Origin: a virus
Lineage: Duplodnaviria; Caudoviricetes
Virus record (IMG/VR): IMGVR_UViG_3300028048_003161
Length of the DNA stretch: 64,000 nucleotides
Direction: 5' to 3' (one strand)
Every line of letters starts with the position of its first letter. The stretch's first letter is position 1. The notes under the pieces are model-generated. The model saw only the letters and a program-made list of their open reading frames with translations, was not told the origin of the DNA and searched no databases. Shown here piece after piece: positions 19,575 to 30,468 of this stretch. The position numbers and the translations under genes were made by a program.

Positions 19575-20726
19575 ATGTTAGATAGACAGGGTTTAGGTTT
19601 GGAGTTAGACAATACTAGTTTATATTTGATCTTTGTAAGAGAGGGCAAATATGCAGTAGTTAATTTAGACAAGACCATTGAAAATAGTAAAATTGACATA
19701 GCAGGTGATTATTGGACAGTTAATGAGGATGTTAACTTGCATCAACTTGAATATACTGAGGCATTGATTAAAATAACAATTAGCAGCTATTTTCAAGACA
19801 GACTTGGATGTGCAGTCTCTTTTAATTGTAATACAGGCGAGGAAATAACTGGAGTTACACTTGATAATTTATTTGAGAGAGTTACAATTAAATCTAGGAC
19901 AGATACAGATGTGTATTTGGTCAGAGGAAATAAAGAGATATACATTAGTGAACAAGTTGGTTTGGCTTCAGCGCTTGGATGTGACGGTACAGAAGTTGGT
20001 TTGGACAACCTGATAGATAATGTCAGGGTTTCAGGGTTTATTAGTCCTATGACTAATTCAGATGGGTTTATAGAGGGTTGTCTTAGCATTAGAGTTGAGA
20101 TATATAGACAACCATTGGAGGAGGATAACAATACAGAAGTTATTATACTGCGTGACAAAAGAAAAATGGACAGATATGAGGTAGAGGGGGAGGAGAGCAG
20201 CATTGGAGAAAAGAGCATTGGAGAAAAGTATGAGTTGGAAGAGGCATTTAGAATTAACTTAGGCAGACCTCTTAATTTAAGAGCTGGTACATGTGGATTT
20301 CATATAGACAATTCAAAGAATATTAAAATTACAGTGAGTAATAATCATACACCTTTGACAGATAGAGGTAGAAAAAGCTTCTATAGGGGAAGTTGTAGGA
20401 TACCTGTAATAACAAGTGAACTCACTAGAGTAGGAGTGTTCATTGGAAGTGACACAGTAAATCTATGGATCAACATAGATGACTATGGAAGAGTGCATAG
20501 GGCTGATTTATTTTGGACAGATAAGAATGAGGATGTGCAAGTAATAGTTGAGAATAAGGCACTTGGACAAAAAATGGTTTATCAAATGTTTGATAATGAT
20601 ACATATGAAAATGAACCTGATACAGGGATTGGATGTTGGGTTGTGCATGAGACAATTTCAAAAGATCCTGATGAAATTTCAGAGTTCATAAGGTTAAATA
20701 GTAAAGAAAACGGGTTGAATACATAG
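19575..20726 (+). CDS. hypothetical protein, MLG family long subgroup
   Basis: LYLIF; IYISEQVGLASALGCDGTEVGLDNLI; C-terminal IGCW. Confidence 0.85.
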   Translation: MLDRQGLGLELDNTSLYLIFVREGKYAVVNLDKTIENSKIDIAGDYWTVNEDVNLHQLEYTEALIKITISSYFQDRLGCAVSFNCNTGEEITGVTLDNLFERVTIKSRTDTDVYLVRGNKEIYISEQVGLASALGCDGTEVGLDNLIDNVRVSGFISPMTNSDGFIEGCLSIRVEIYRQPLEEDNNTEVIILRDKRKMDRYEVEGEESSIGEKSIGEKYELEEAFRINLGRPLNLRAGTCGFHIDNSKNIKITVSNNHTPLTDRGRKSFYRGSCRIPVITSELTRVGVFIGSDTVNLWINIDDYGRVHRADLFWTDKNEDVQVIVENKALGQKMVYQMFDNDTYENEPDTGIGCWVVHETISKDPDEISEFIRLNSKENGLNT

Positions 20727-20777
20727 ACAATGTAGAAAGACATGAAGTAAATAAGAGTTAGGGCAGGGGTTATAAGA

Positions 20778-21977
20778 ATGGGATCTGGAGTATATCATAT
20801 CGAGACAATAAAAGTAAAGAGTAGGGCAACAGGAAATGTGGTTGTGCAGTTTAGATTGGATGCTAAATACAAGAAAACAATAATAAAGCCATCAGAGATG
20901 AAACCACTTATAGGGGCTATGTTGATCAGTAGTAATACAGGGTACAGTTATGATTTTGAGAAATTGGCAAGAAATTATAAGTATGTGCCTACTAGAAGTA
21001 TAAGGGCATACATACCATATGTACATACAGCAGTATACCATACAAGCATTACAAAGAAAGAGATTGATACACCTGATTTGACAGAGTGTCATGTGATTAG
21101 TTTATTGCATGATTTAGGTACAGAGTATTTAGCAGCAGTTGCATTTAATTCACTTGATAACAGGAAATATGAGTACATATACACTGGAGAGAAAGAGATA
21201 AACTTATCAGAATTATATGAGAAGCATAGACAAGTTGGAGTAAAAGAGATTGATAGCACTTCAACAAGAAACATATACATGGCAAATGAGATTTTGTTTA
21301 TGACTTCAAAAAGAATAGACTTCTATGAAATGGGTAAGCTTTATGATGCATCTAGTACATGTAAAATAGATTTGGTTCCTACAGTATTGAAAATTGAGGA
21401 ATCAAAAAGAAAAAAGAGAGGAAAGATTAGCATTGAGGAACAGGCAGAGGAAAATAAGAAAGAATACAATGAAAGATTAGAAAGGGCTAAAAGAAAAGGA
21501 AATATATACATTGAAATTAACAATGACATTGACAAAATTTTGATTGATACAGGGGCTGAAAAGATGGAGGACATTGTGACAATTCTTCAGAGCAGTAGGT
21601 TTAATTACAGATTAACTCATGGAGAATTGGAAACAAATGTTAGCAACATGTCTTTTAGGTTGGAGTACAGAGATCCTAATAAAGAGGCTCTAAAAAGTTC
21701 AAGAATTGTGGAAGGTAGTGTTGTTGTTGATACCTTAATTCCTAGGGACAGGTTTATTTGTGACATTTATTTTTTACATAATCAGTGTAGCATATTCAGG
21801 TTCAAAAAGAATGATATATATGTAAAAGTATGTGGAGGGCATGAAGACTATGACCTTAATGAATTAGTTGGCATAGCTGATATGACAGGCGGCAATAAAT
21901 TTCTTTATGAAGACTGTGCTATTGGGATAAACAACTTTGTGTTTGTAGGGATTGGCAATGGAATGAAAGAGATTTGA
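20778..21977 (+). CDS. hypothetical protein, MLG-motif family
   Basis: C-terminal DYDLNELVGIADMTG. Confidence 0.8.
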   Translation: MGSGVYHIETIKVKSRATGNVVVQFRLDAKYKKTIIKPSEMKPLIGAMLISSNTGYSYDFEKLARNYKYVPTRSIRAYIPYVHTAVYHTSITKKEIDTPDLTECHVISLLHDLGTEYLAAVAFNSLDNRKYEYIYTGEKEINLSELYEKHRQVGVKEIDSTSTRNIYMANEILFMTSKRIDFYEMGKLYDASSTCKIDLVPTVLKIEESKRKKRGKISIEEQAEENKKEYNERLERAKRKGNIYIEINNDIDKILIDTGAEKMEDIVTILQSSRFNYRLTHGELETNVSNMSFRLEYRDPNKEALKSSRIVEGSVVVDTLIPRDRFICDIYFLHNQCSIFRFKKNDIYVKVCGGHEDYDLNELVGIADMTGGNKFLYEDCAIGINNFVFVGIGNGMKEI

Positions 21978-21993
21978 CAAGGAAAAAGAAAAG

Positions 21994-22549
21994 ATGAGCA
22001 AAGGATTACAGGTAACGGACAATGGCAGAATAATGGGATGTACATTGGATGAATTTGAGAAAGTCATTAAAAAAAGAAAGAGTTACGAGCGATGGTTTAT
22101 TGCTGAACATCAATAATGAGTTTAGGGCATATATTCCTTTGAACTTGGGGCTTGTACATGGAAAGTTAAACATGTATACAACAGAGATTGGACATAAATC
22201 TAGTATGGGGTTTAATTATATTGAAGATGATGGGCATATAAAAGTAAATTTGGTCTATAGGACATGGCTAATTGGCATGTGTGAGTATAAGCAAGGAGTA
22301 AAAAATAAATGGGTATTACATAAGATAATTTTAATACCAGGTAGTATAATATCAGAGTTTGATGCTGATTACATAACAATTGATGAAAAGATCAGTTTAT
22401 CTGATGTGTTGGATGAGTCAAGGATGTTTGGGATATTAACATGGTACAATGTCAAAGAGATTAATGGCATGTGGTTAAGTTTGGATGGAGGTAATATGTT
22501 TTTAAGTGATCATATGTACAATCCTAAGGACTTAAAGGTTTATGGATAG
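21994..22549 (+). CDS. hypothetical protein, MLG family (frameshift in A7 at 22069-22075)
   Basis: MSKGLQVTDNG... joins the 22049 ORF if one A is removed; SRMFGILTWYNVKEINGMWLS. Confidence 0.6.
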
Positions 22550-22596
22550 AACATAAGAAAATAGGAAAATGGACAAGGAGTAATGGGAAGTAGATC

Positions 22597-23190
22597 ATGG
22601 GAAGTGATTTAGATAGCATAGTCTTAAGAGGGGATCAAGCAGCTAAGACAGTTATAAAAGACCTTGATACAATTAAAGAATGAAATAAACATGTTGAAAT
22701 TGAAAGCAAACATAAGGGTTGCTTGATATTCACACTGAAGGATTGTAAGATACTTTTCTCATTATGTGTTTATTACAGTGATAATACACCAGAGACACAT
22801 TTATACGTGTATAAGCATAATGGAAAAGCAAAGGTGTCCACAGAAACAGGAAAGATGCTTGGGAGAATAATAGACACAGCAGTAATGTTTAATGATGAGA
22901 CAGCTATACACTTGAGATTTGAGCTTAAGGATGACAATTGGTCAGCTACAGATATTGAGTGAGATGCTGGGGTATTGAGTGGTACTACAGAACTTACACA
23001 TGTACATGGGGATGTGCATAAAAACTTATTAGAAAACATTGATATGATCAATATGCTTGGGATATCAAGTTGGAACAACATAGAGGAAATAGATAACTTG
23101 TGGTTGAGTATAAGTGCAGGTAAATTTGTTTATTTAACAAGTAAGCAAGCAGTACCTATCAATTATAAGGAATATACAGTGACAGATTGA
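22597..23190 (+). pseudogene. MLG-family gene with two in-frame TGA codons
   Basis: One frame from 22597 to 23190 with TGA at 22681 and 22960; NMLGISSWNNIEEIDNLWLS. Confidence 0.65.
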
Positions 23191-23214
23191 GGGTTAGACA
23201 TAACAAATGGGAGC

Positions 23215-23898
23215 ATGACATTGGATAGTATAACATATGAATTGATAAAGCAGAGATTAAGAAAAGCAATGAGTAAATCAACATCTATGAAAGATAATAA
23301 ATGCATGGGTAATGGTAAAGATACAGCAGTCTATCAGCTCTGCAAAATTGATAACCTGGTTGATTTGAATAAATAAATAGAAATTGAGAAGCAACATGAC
23401 GGTTGTTTATTGATGCAATGGGAAGAACACACAATGATGCTTTCATTTTGGATACCTGACTGTAATGATAGGAAAGACATCATTACAATTTATATGGTGG
23501 ACAATGTACAAATCTGGGACCTGGAAGATCCAGTCATAGAAGTTCAAAAGACAAACTGGGATTCAATTAGTGTTGGTATATATTATTATGGATATGACAT
23601 TGTACTTGTAGACTTTATATGGGATACAGATAAAAAGAAATGGACAGTGGCAAATTGTGATTGTGGCATGGTAGAGGTATCTAGACATACAGAAGTTACA
23701 TATATAACAAAGAATGGACAGTGGAAATTATCAGAAAACATTGATTTAGCTAATATGCTTGGTATTAAGGTTTGGCATAATATGAATAAGATAGATAATA
23801 TGTTTGTTAGCATAGTAAATAAAGGAATATCATTAAGTATTCAGAAGAAAGCACCTGATGAATTGAGAGTATTTGAAACAGACGGAGAAAAGCAGTAA
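23215..23898 (+). pseudogene. MLG-family gene with in-frame TAA at 23374
   Basis: NK*IEIEKQHDGCLL aligns with NKHVEIESKHKGCLI of the previous gene; NMLGIKVWHNMNKIDNMFVS. Confidence 0.6.
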
Positions 23899-23918
23899 AA
23901 GAAAGGACAGGCAGTAGA

Positions 23919-25024
23919 ATGAAAGTTTCAGACTTTGGAATTTATGGAATTGACAATGGAGATGCATACTTATTATTTAAGAGAATAGGATCAAACAATC
24001 TTGACTGGTCGTGGTTTAATTTAGATGATACAGTTAAAAATGAAGTGAATGGAGCACAGGTTTATGGTAAACAGCTTAGACTACAGGAGGATGCTATTGT
24101 AGATACCTTATATGGTAGTAGGTGTGGTAAGCTGGATCGTAACTTTACACTTGGCATAACTGAATATAGTGAATGTCAGTTCAATAAAAAAACACATACA
24201 GCAAATGAAATTGGTGCATATAATATAACAATTAGGAGCATTGATGGAAATATAGACTCTGTTAAAATGAAATACAATATACAAACATATGAGTCATATC
24301 TAGTAAAGGGAGATACAGTAATAGATATTAACAAGTGTGCAGGAGTTAGACAACTTGCAGGGTTTTGTGGAGAGTTAGGGCTCGAGAGTTTAATACAGAA
24401 CATACAAATTATATTGGATACAGCTGAAAGAAAAGATGGTTACATTGGAATTTCAATATATAAAGCAGTATTTGATTGGGATAGCAGTACATATTTACAA
24501 ATGGTAGCACACAGTATGGGAAAACAAACAGTGTTTGACCTGGGATACACAAATGAGGGCATAAGTAGTAATAAATATGACTTGTATTCTTTGAGGCACA
24601 TGAATGTAGATTTGGATAGACCTGGAGTTAAGAGCTTTTCTTACATTAGATGTAGTAGCTTAACTACTAAAGAAGAGGATAGTATTATGGAATATGACAT
24701 GTGGTTACCTGATAGATTGTATGTGATGGCATTGTTAGACGGAGAAAAACGCTTAAGTAAAATGAATGTATTGGTAAAGATACTCGTACAGATAAAATTG
24801 AATTTATACTTAGGAAAACAGAGGATGGCAACACAGTAGATAAATCAGTGTTACTTATTGATAATGAAGGATGCGTTAAAGATGGTAAGAATAAGTTTTC
24901 AAAAGAAGTACTTGGGCATTGGGTATTAGAATATAGTCCTAGTGTAAAGGGAAGATGGGCAATAGGTATAAATCATTTGAGCAATACTGGAAAGATGCCT
25001 TCATTTGCATTTCTTGGTATATAA
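23919..25024 (+). CDS. hypothetical protein, MLG long subgroup (frameshift near 24760)
   Basis: VIDINKCAGVRQLAGFCGELGLESLI; the -1 frame continues IEFILRKTEDGNTVDK...LGHW, matching paralog C-termini. Confidence 0.65.
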
Positions 25025-25073
25025 AAGTCAGACAGAAAAAAATTGTAGTCAAAAGTTGGACAGGTGGTTAAAA

Positions 25074-26105
25074 ATGAATGGCTGTAAATTTGATAAAAGA
25101 TACAGTAAAGGCTTATGGTTAATCTTTAGAGAAAAGAGTGGTAGGACTTGGCATAAAATAAAGTTTGGCAAGGGGTTTAATGCAAAAGACAGTGGACTCA
25201 ATAAATATGCATATGGTAAAAGGGAAAGGTCTTATTTTCCTAGGTCATTAGCATTACTTGGCAACAGGTTTGACATATACGACTTCTTGTTACATGAGGG
25301 TACTTATGAATGGAATAGTTCTACATTAACAATTAGAACAATAGATAGTGTAATAGACAATGTAGTTTTTGAATTTGACAAAGACTTATTTGAGGCATAC
25401 TTAATAAATGAGGGGTACATCATTGATGTTTATAAGGAGATAGGAGTAACAAATGCATGTGGCAGTAATGGTACAGAAATAGGTTTGAACAAGGTGGTAC
25501 CCGGAGTTGAAATTGAGTACTCATATAAATGGAAAGGGATGATCCGTCTAAGAATAATAAAAGAGCATATCAAGTATGACTATAATGAGGAACTTGAATG
25601 CAAGGTTACAGTTAATGGTACAGTGGAGTTTGACTACAATATCAGTAGTCCACTATTTGATGGACCTAAGGGGTTGGATATGAGGAACAATATTAAGGAC
25701 AAGCATCTGGATATAAGAGACTACTATCACTATAGAATTAGGAGTGGATACAGGCTAGGAAAAACAATAGCATTTGAGAGTTACTTATCACTCTACGAAA
25801 ATCTGGGTGTATACACACTTGAAATTGAGAATGACATGAAACTATGTGCTATAGAAATTAACCCTACAGTTAGATGTTTAGCTGGCAGTGATGCAACTAT
25901 AGAGTTGACACGATTGAAAAATGGGAAAGAGATTGATAAGCTAGAGTTATTATACACTAAAGATACAGATGATAACATATATAAATGGTTTGGACAGTGG
26001 ATGATATGGAAAGAGGGCAGTATACTTAATATAAGACATAGTTCATGTCTTGGAGAGTTTGTAGTTTGCAGACTTGGTAGTGAAGAAGATGGCATAGTGA
26101 TATAG
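25074..26105 (+). CDS. hypothetical protein, MLG long subgroup
   Basis: GLWLIF, LTIRTIDSVID, IIDVYKEIGVTNACGSNGTEIGL, FGQW; ATG at 25074 after AGGTGG. Confidence 0.8.
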   Translation: MNGCKFDKRYSKGLWLIFREKSGRTWHKIKFGKGFNAKDSGLNKYAYGKRERSYFPRSLALLGNRFDIYDFLLHEGTYEWNSSTLTIRTIDSVIDNVVFEFDKDLFEAYLINEGYIIDVYKEIGVTNACGSNGTEIGLNKVVPGVEIEYSYKWKGMIRLRIIKEHIKYDYNEELECKVTVNGTVEFDYNISSPLFDGPKGLDMRNNIKDKHLDIRDYYHYRIRSGYRLGKTIAFESYLSLYENLGVYTLEIENDMKLCAIEINPTVRCLAGSDATIELTRLKNGKEIDKLELLYTKDTDDNIYKWFGQWMIWKEGSILNIRHSSCLGEFVVCRLGSEEDGIVI

Positions 26106-26109
26106 GAGA

Positions 26110-27264
26110 ATGTACATGATATCTGAAAGAAAACACTTCTTAGAAAAAGTTAATATCATGGAGAAGTTAGGATTAGGCAAGGATGGTTTATATCTTGTAC
26201 TTAGGGGAAAGTTAACAGGCTGTGTTGGAAAATGGTCCTGGTTAAGATTAGATACATGTTTAAGTAATAATGACATTGACAAGTTGAATGGAGGTGCATG
26301 GCATGCAAGTGTAGAGGCAACGGAACAAAGAAGAGAGCATACAGAACAAACACGTAATACATATAAAGGAAGAAGTATGTTATATGAACCTTGGTGTGTT
26401 GAGCATTTCAGTTTTGCAGAATCACTTGATAATTATGGAAGTCACTTAACAGTAAGAGCATTTGATAATAAAGTTGACAAAGTTAAATTTGAGTATGTGT
26501 CTGATAATTATGATATGTACATTGTGAGTGGGAATAGTGGCAGTGTAATTGACATAAATAAAGAGGCGGAAGCATTATACTTAAGCGGTTTTGACAATGG
26601 AGAATTAGGACTTGATAGTTTAATTCCTGGTATCAGCATAGAGTTTGTAAGAGTTCATAGATACAAAGTTCATGGGCATAAAAAGTATATTATTTATATT
26701 AAGTTCATAAGTTTTAAGGAAGATAGACATGAAAGATTGGGTATTAACTTTTTGTTTGATGGCACAAGCAGGTTGAGAATTAAGAGTGTTGATGACATTA
26801 AATCTCAAGACTCCTTAAATTGGTATATTGATGATGGAATTGAGGATAGAGGTTATACTTATAGAGCTGGCAGACCTGGTGCACCTTTTAATAGACATTG
26901 TTATAAATTAGCTGATATACATAAGAGTTATAATAGATATGGTTTAATTGTAGGTCATCAGACATCTATAGATTTTGTAGTAGAAAATGATTATAGCACT
27001 AAGCTCATTGATATTTCCTTGTGTCCTAAGATAATTGATGTTGGGAAGGATATAGACATTATAATCACAAGGGAATACAACGGAGAAGTGATTGATACCA
27101 TTAAAATAAATAACAGTCACCCTGAAGTATTAAGGGATAAGCAGAGCAGTTTTATATTTGGCAATTGGATTTTTATAAGTGACGTCTCTGATAGTGTGGT
27201 AGGTTTATGTAGATATAAATTGATGCATAAACAAGGAACAGCAGAATTTATACATGAAATATGA
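26110..27264 (+). CDS. hypothetical protein, MLG long subgroup
   Basis: GLYLVL, WSWLRLD, VIDINKEAEALYLSGFDNGELGLDSLI, FGNW. Confidence 0.85.
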   Translation: MYMISERKHFLEKVNIMEKLGLGKDGLYLVLRGKLTGCVGKWSWLRLDTCLSNNDIDKLNGGAWHASVEATEQRREHTEQTRNTYKGRSMLYEPWCVEHFSFAESLDNYGSHLTVRAFDNKVDKVKFEYVSDNYDMYIVSGNSGSVIDINKEAEALYLSGFDNGELGLDSLIPGISIEFVRVHRYKVHGHKKYIIYIKFISFKEDRHERLGINFLFDGTSRLRIKSVDDIKSQDSLNWYIDDGIEDRGYTYRAGRPGAPFNRHCYKLADIHKSYNRYGLIVGHQTSIDFVVENDYSTKLIDISLCPKIIDVGKDIDIIITREYNGEVIDTIKINNSHPEVLRDKQSSFIFGNWIFISDVSDSVVGLCRYKLMHKQGTAEFIHEI

Positions 27265-27316
27265 AGCATAAAAGAAATACTTTGGAAACAGTCGAGAAAC
27301 AGTTGGGGAATGAAGT

Positions 27317-28386
27317 ATGGACATAAATAAAAAATTGTACAACTTTGATAAAAGTAAACTAATCAATGAAGATTTGTATCTAATCATTGAAAAAGAGGAT
27401 AAAGACACTGGAGAATCAAGATGGGCATGGATAGATATAGATAAACCATGTAATGATGAAAGAAGTAAAATTGTGGTTTATGGGGATGCATGGGAGGATA
27501 GTGGAATTACATGTAATGCATATACAATATGGCAACAGCTTTATATAGGAGAATTTGAGGACTATTTTGATACTCTTATAACAGTAGATAAAGAGACAGG
27601 GTTCTGTATTAGTATAAGGATTGTACATAATGAAAATAAAGTTGATCAGGTAGGTATAAAAATCAGCACTAAAAAGTCAGATGGCTTAGCAATTTATTTA
27701 TATCATTTGGGAAAGATAATAAACATGACAGAAGAAACTAAGATATGCTATCTTAGTGGGGGGAGTTTAGCAATGAAATTGGGTTTGGAGACTTAATAAA
27801 TAATGTAAGAGTTAGCTTTGCAATAAGTGGTAAGGTGACAGAGTTTAGAATCAACAGGGTAATAAATAACTGGGACTATAGACACAAGACATGGTTCAGT
27901 GTAGAGGCAAGTAATGATACAGCATTTGAGATAGATGCAAAAGCAGCAATAGATGTTAAAACTAGCATAGGAAATAAAAAGAAACTTGACATTGTAGATT
28001 ATATTGGTAGACCTAATTATTCATATTATAGGAGCACTTTTAGAGATCCTAGCATTTACAAAGAACCAACAGAACTTCGTCTAAAGTTGGGTAAGAAAGT
28101 GTTTTTGAAAATGGTGCACGATGAATATGGAGGTATAATCAGTATGGTGGTTAAAGCACATCACCTTAAACCTGGAGACTTCAAAATGAAAATAACTTGC
28201 ATTGATGAGACAGAAACTACAAAGGAAAATGAGGGCGGAAAGAGAGAGATATATGAAATAGACAATGTAAATAAGAAAGATACAGAAGTGGCAGAGGTTG
28301 GCAATTGGTTAATTAGCTATGACATTCAAAAAGAAGTAGTCAACATACATGTTTTTAATAAAGACTACACTTGCATGACAGTGTGA
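27317..28386 (+). CDS. hypothetical protein, MLG long subgroup (frameshift in G6 at 27758-27763)
   Basis: One extra G restores CYLSGGEFSNEIGFGDLINNV, matching paralogs, and joins the 27835 ORF (VGNW). Confidence 0.7.
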
Positions 28387-28436
28387 TATAATAGATAAAG
28401 ATAAAAAGTAGTTAGAAGGATAAGGGCATATAAATT

Positions 28437-28895
28437 ATGAAGAAAGCAGTATTAAAAATTGAAAAAGATGGAGTAAAAATATTTGAGGCATCCTTATCAA
28501 ATGGTATAGGATTGATTTATCAGGACAGTGAAGTTGCTATTTATGATCAGAGACTAAATATTGAGTACTATACTCATTTGATCAGTTACAAGGATAAATT
28601 AGTTGCAATGATTATCAGTAGTGACAATGATGTTGCAGAAGTAAACCTGTTCATTAAAGATGGATCATTGAAAGCTTGGTTCACTACAGATGCTGGGGAT
28701 GGAGATATCATTGATGCTGGTTTAGTGCAGAATATGTTAGGAACTAAGTTCAAGGGATTTGGAGAATTATATGATATAATTACACAGGAGTATGAGGATA
28801 TGACATTGATAACAATGTATACTAACATGTCACCTGATGGTAAATCATATAAACCCAATACAAAGCATTTGGAGTGGGCATACACACAGGCATAG
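28437..28895 (+). CDS. hypothetical protein, MLG-motif family
   Basis: KIFEASLSNGIGLIY; IIDAGLVQNMLG. Confidence 0.8.
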   Translation: MKKAVLKIEKDGVKIFEASLSNGIGLIYQDSEVAIYDQRLNIEYYTHLISYKDKLVAMIISSDNDVAEVNLFIKDGSLKAWFTTDAGDGDIIDAGLVQNMLGTKFKGFGELYDIITQEYEDMTLITMYTNMSPDGKSYKPNTKHLEWAYTQA

Positions 28896-28913
28896 TGAAA
28901 GAGGTAGCATAGA

Positions 28914-29372
28914 ATGATAAGTAAGTTACTTTTGCAATTAACATATGACAAAGAAAAGATATTTGAGGCATCTGTATCAAGTGGGCTTGGACTAATTTAT
29001 ACAGGAGAGGACATTGAATATAAGGAATTTACATTTGGTCCTGATTACATAGCAGTTGTAGTTTATAGAAAAGATAAAGTGATTGCACTGTTTGAATTAG
29101 ATTGTAACATAGTGAAATCAATTCATACATTCAGCAAGGATAATAATTTAGATGCATATGTCATTACAAAAAATTGTAAGGAAAGTGTGGATGCTGCAGT
29201 TACACTAGGTGTAATGCTTGAGCAAAATGTATGCACAGTGGCTAATAAGTTCAATGTACATTGTAAAGTATTGGATGGCATTCAAGTCACAAGTATGTAC
29301 ATTGACTTACAAGATTATATCAGAGATAAAAATACAGCACTACGTTATAGTTGGGTATTAAATAAAGTTTAA
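28914..29372 (+). CDS. hypothetical protein, paralog of 28437
   Basis: KIFEASVSSGLGLIY; VDAAVTLGVMLE. Confidence 0.8.
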   Translation: MISKLLLQLTYDKEKIFEASVSSGLGLIYTGEDIEYKEFTFGPDYIAVVVYRKDKVIALFELDCNIVKSIHTFSKDNNLDAYVITKNCKESVDAAVTLGVMLEQNVCTVANKFNVHCKVLDGIQVTSMYIDLQDYIRDKNTALRYSWVLNKV

Positions 29373-29383
29373 CCGCATGGGTA

Positions 29384-29412
29384 TTGATTTTTATGGAAAT
29401 AAGTGGTATAAT
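29384..29412 (+). promoter_or_regulatory. sigma-A promoter
   Basis: TTGATT-17-TATAAT with TG; a very similar design occurs at 33810-33838. Confidence 0.7.
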
Positions 29413-29443
29413 TTAATTATTAAGAGTTGGAGGTAAGAGATAG

Positions 29444-30322
29444 ATGAAAGCATCAAATAAAATTTTAGGAGCAGTATTAGCATTAGCTATGACAGTAGGA
29501 ACAGTAAGTGGAGCACCTGTTGCAGGTGATGTACTTGGAGCAGAAACAGTGCAGGCAGCTACAAGAACAAAGAGTGTTACAATTAGTAACGTTAAGAATG
29601 GAAAAGCTACCTTATATACAGGGCAGAGTTTATCATTTAAGACGAACTATAAAGAAAATCAGTTGAAAGTGTCTACATCAGATAAAAGCGTGGTCAGCGT
29701 AAAAGGTATTAAGATCACAGGAGTAAATAAAGGAACTGCAAAGATTACAGTGGCTGTTAAAAGCAATACAAAAGTAAAAAAGACTATTACAGTAAAAGTT
29801 GTGGATAGGTATATTATCAGAAAGGATGATGCAGGTGGTAATGCAGTTACAGAAAAGTATGACAGAAAGACAAAGAAGAGCACATATACAGTAGAAGTAA
29901 AAGGAAAAGACGTATGTAATAATGTTGACATGAATATAAAATATAAGTTTACTTCTAAAGATACACATATGGCAGGTACAGGATTTGCAGGGGAATTAAG
30001 TAATGGTGAAGGTTGTGGTCTTAAATTATACAACATGACAAAAGATGACTCATACAAACAGATTATTGATTTTAACAAGAAATCAGATAAAGAGCTTTAC
30101 AAATATTATGAGCTGACAAAGGCAGAAATCAAGCAGACAAAGTTTACACGTAATAATACAGATGCAGGGTATGTGATGGCATCTGTTGTTCCACATGGCA
30201 AAAACGGACTTGTTAAGGAATGTTTAATCAAAGACAAGGAAACAGGAACATTATATAAATTAGAGTATCGGGGTAGCGAAGATCCGTATGCAGTATATAA
30301 GAGTGTAAAAGTCATAAAGTAA
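29444..30322 (+). CDS. secreted protein with bacterial Ig-like (Big_2) domain
   Basis: Signal peptide ending TVQAA; TSDKSVVSV.GIKITGVNKGTAKITV...ITVKV. Confidence 0.8.
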   Translation: MKASNKILGAVLALAMTVGTVSGAPVAGDVLGAETVQAATRTKSVTISNVKNGKATLYTGQSLSFKTNYKENQLKVSTSDKSVVSVKGIKITGVNKGTAKITVAVKSNTKVKKTITVKVVDRYIIRKDDAGGNAVTEKYDRKTKKSTYTVEVKGKDVCNNVDMNIKYKFTSKDTHMAGTGFAGELSNGEGCGLKLYNMTKDDSYKQIIDFNKKSDKELYKYYELTKAEIKQTKFTRNNTDAGYVMASVVPHGKNGLVKECLIKDKETGTLYKLEYRGSEDPYAVYKSVKVIK

Positions 30323-30355
30323 CAAGCATAAATAACTAAAGATTTAGTTGTTAAC

Positions 30356-30392
30356 AGAGGACTCAGGTGTTTGGACACTTGGGTCCTTTTTG
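30356..30392 (+). terminator. rho-independent terminator
   Basis: GAGGACTCAGGTGT-TTGG-ACACTTGGGTCCTTTTT. Confidence 0.75.
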
Positions 30393-30468
30393 TGTACATA
30401 AATTTCTACATGAATTTAATTAAAATTGAAATTTTATATTTTTAATAATTTATAAGAGGTAATAGAAG

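Noticed and set aside
20198-20227. 15-bp in-frame duplication (SIGEKSIGEK)
   Set aside because: A simple slippage event in a probable linker with no further structure.
22597-23898. Genome-wide stop-codon reassignment
   Set aside because: The interrupting stops are mixed TGA, TAA and TAG, and all three end normal genes in the window. Long ORFs are intact under code 11.
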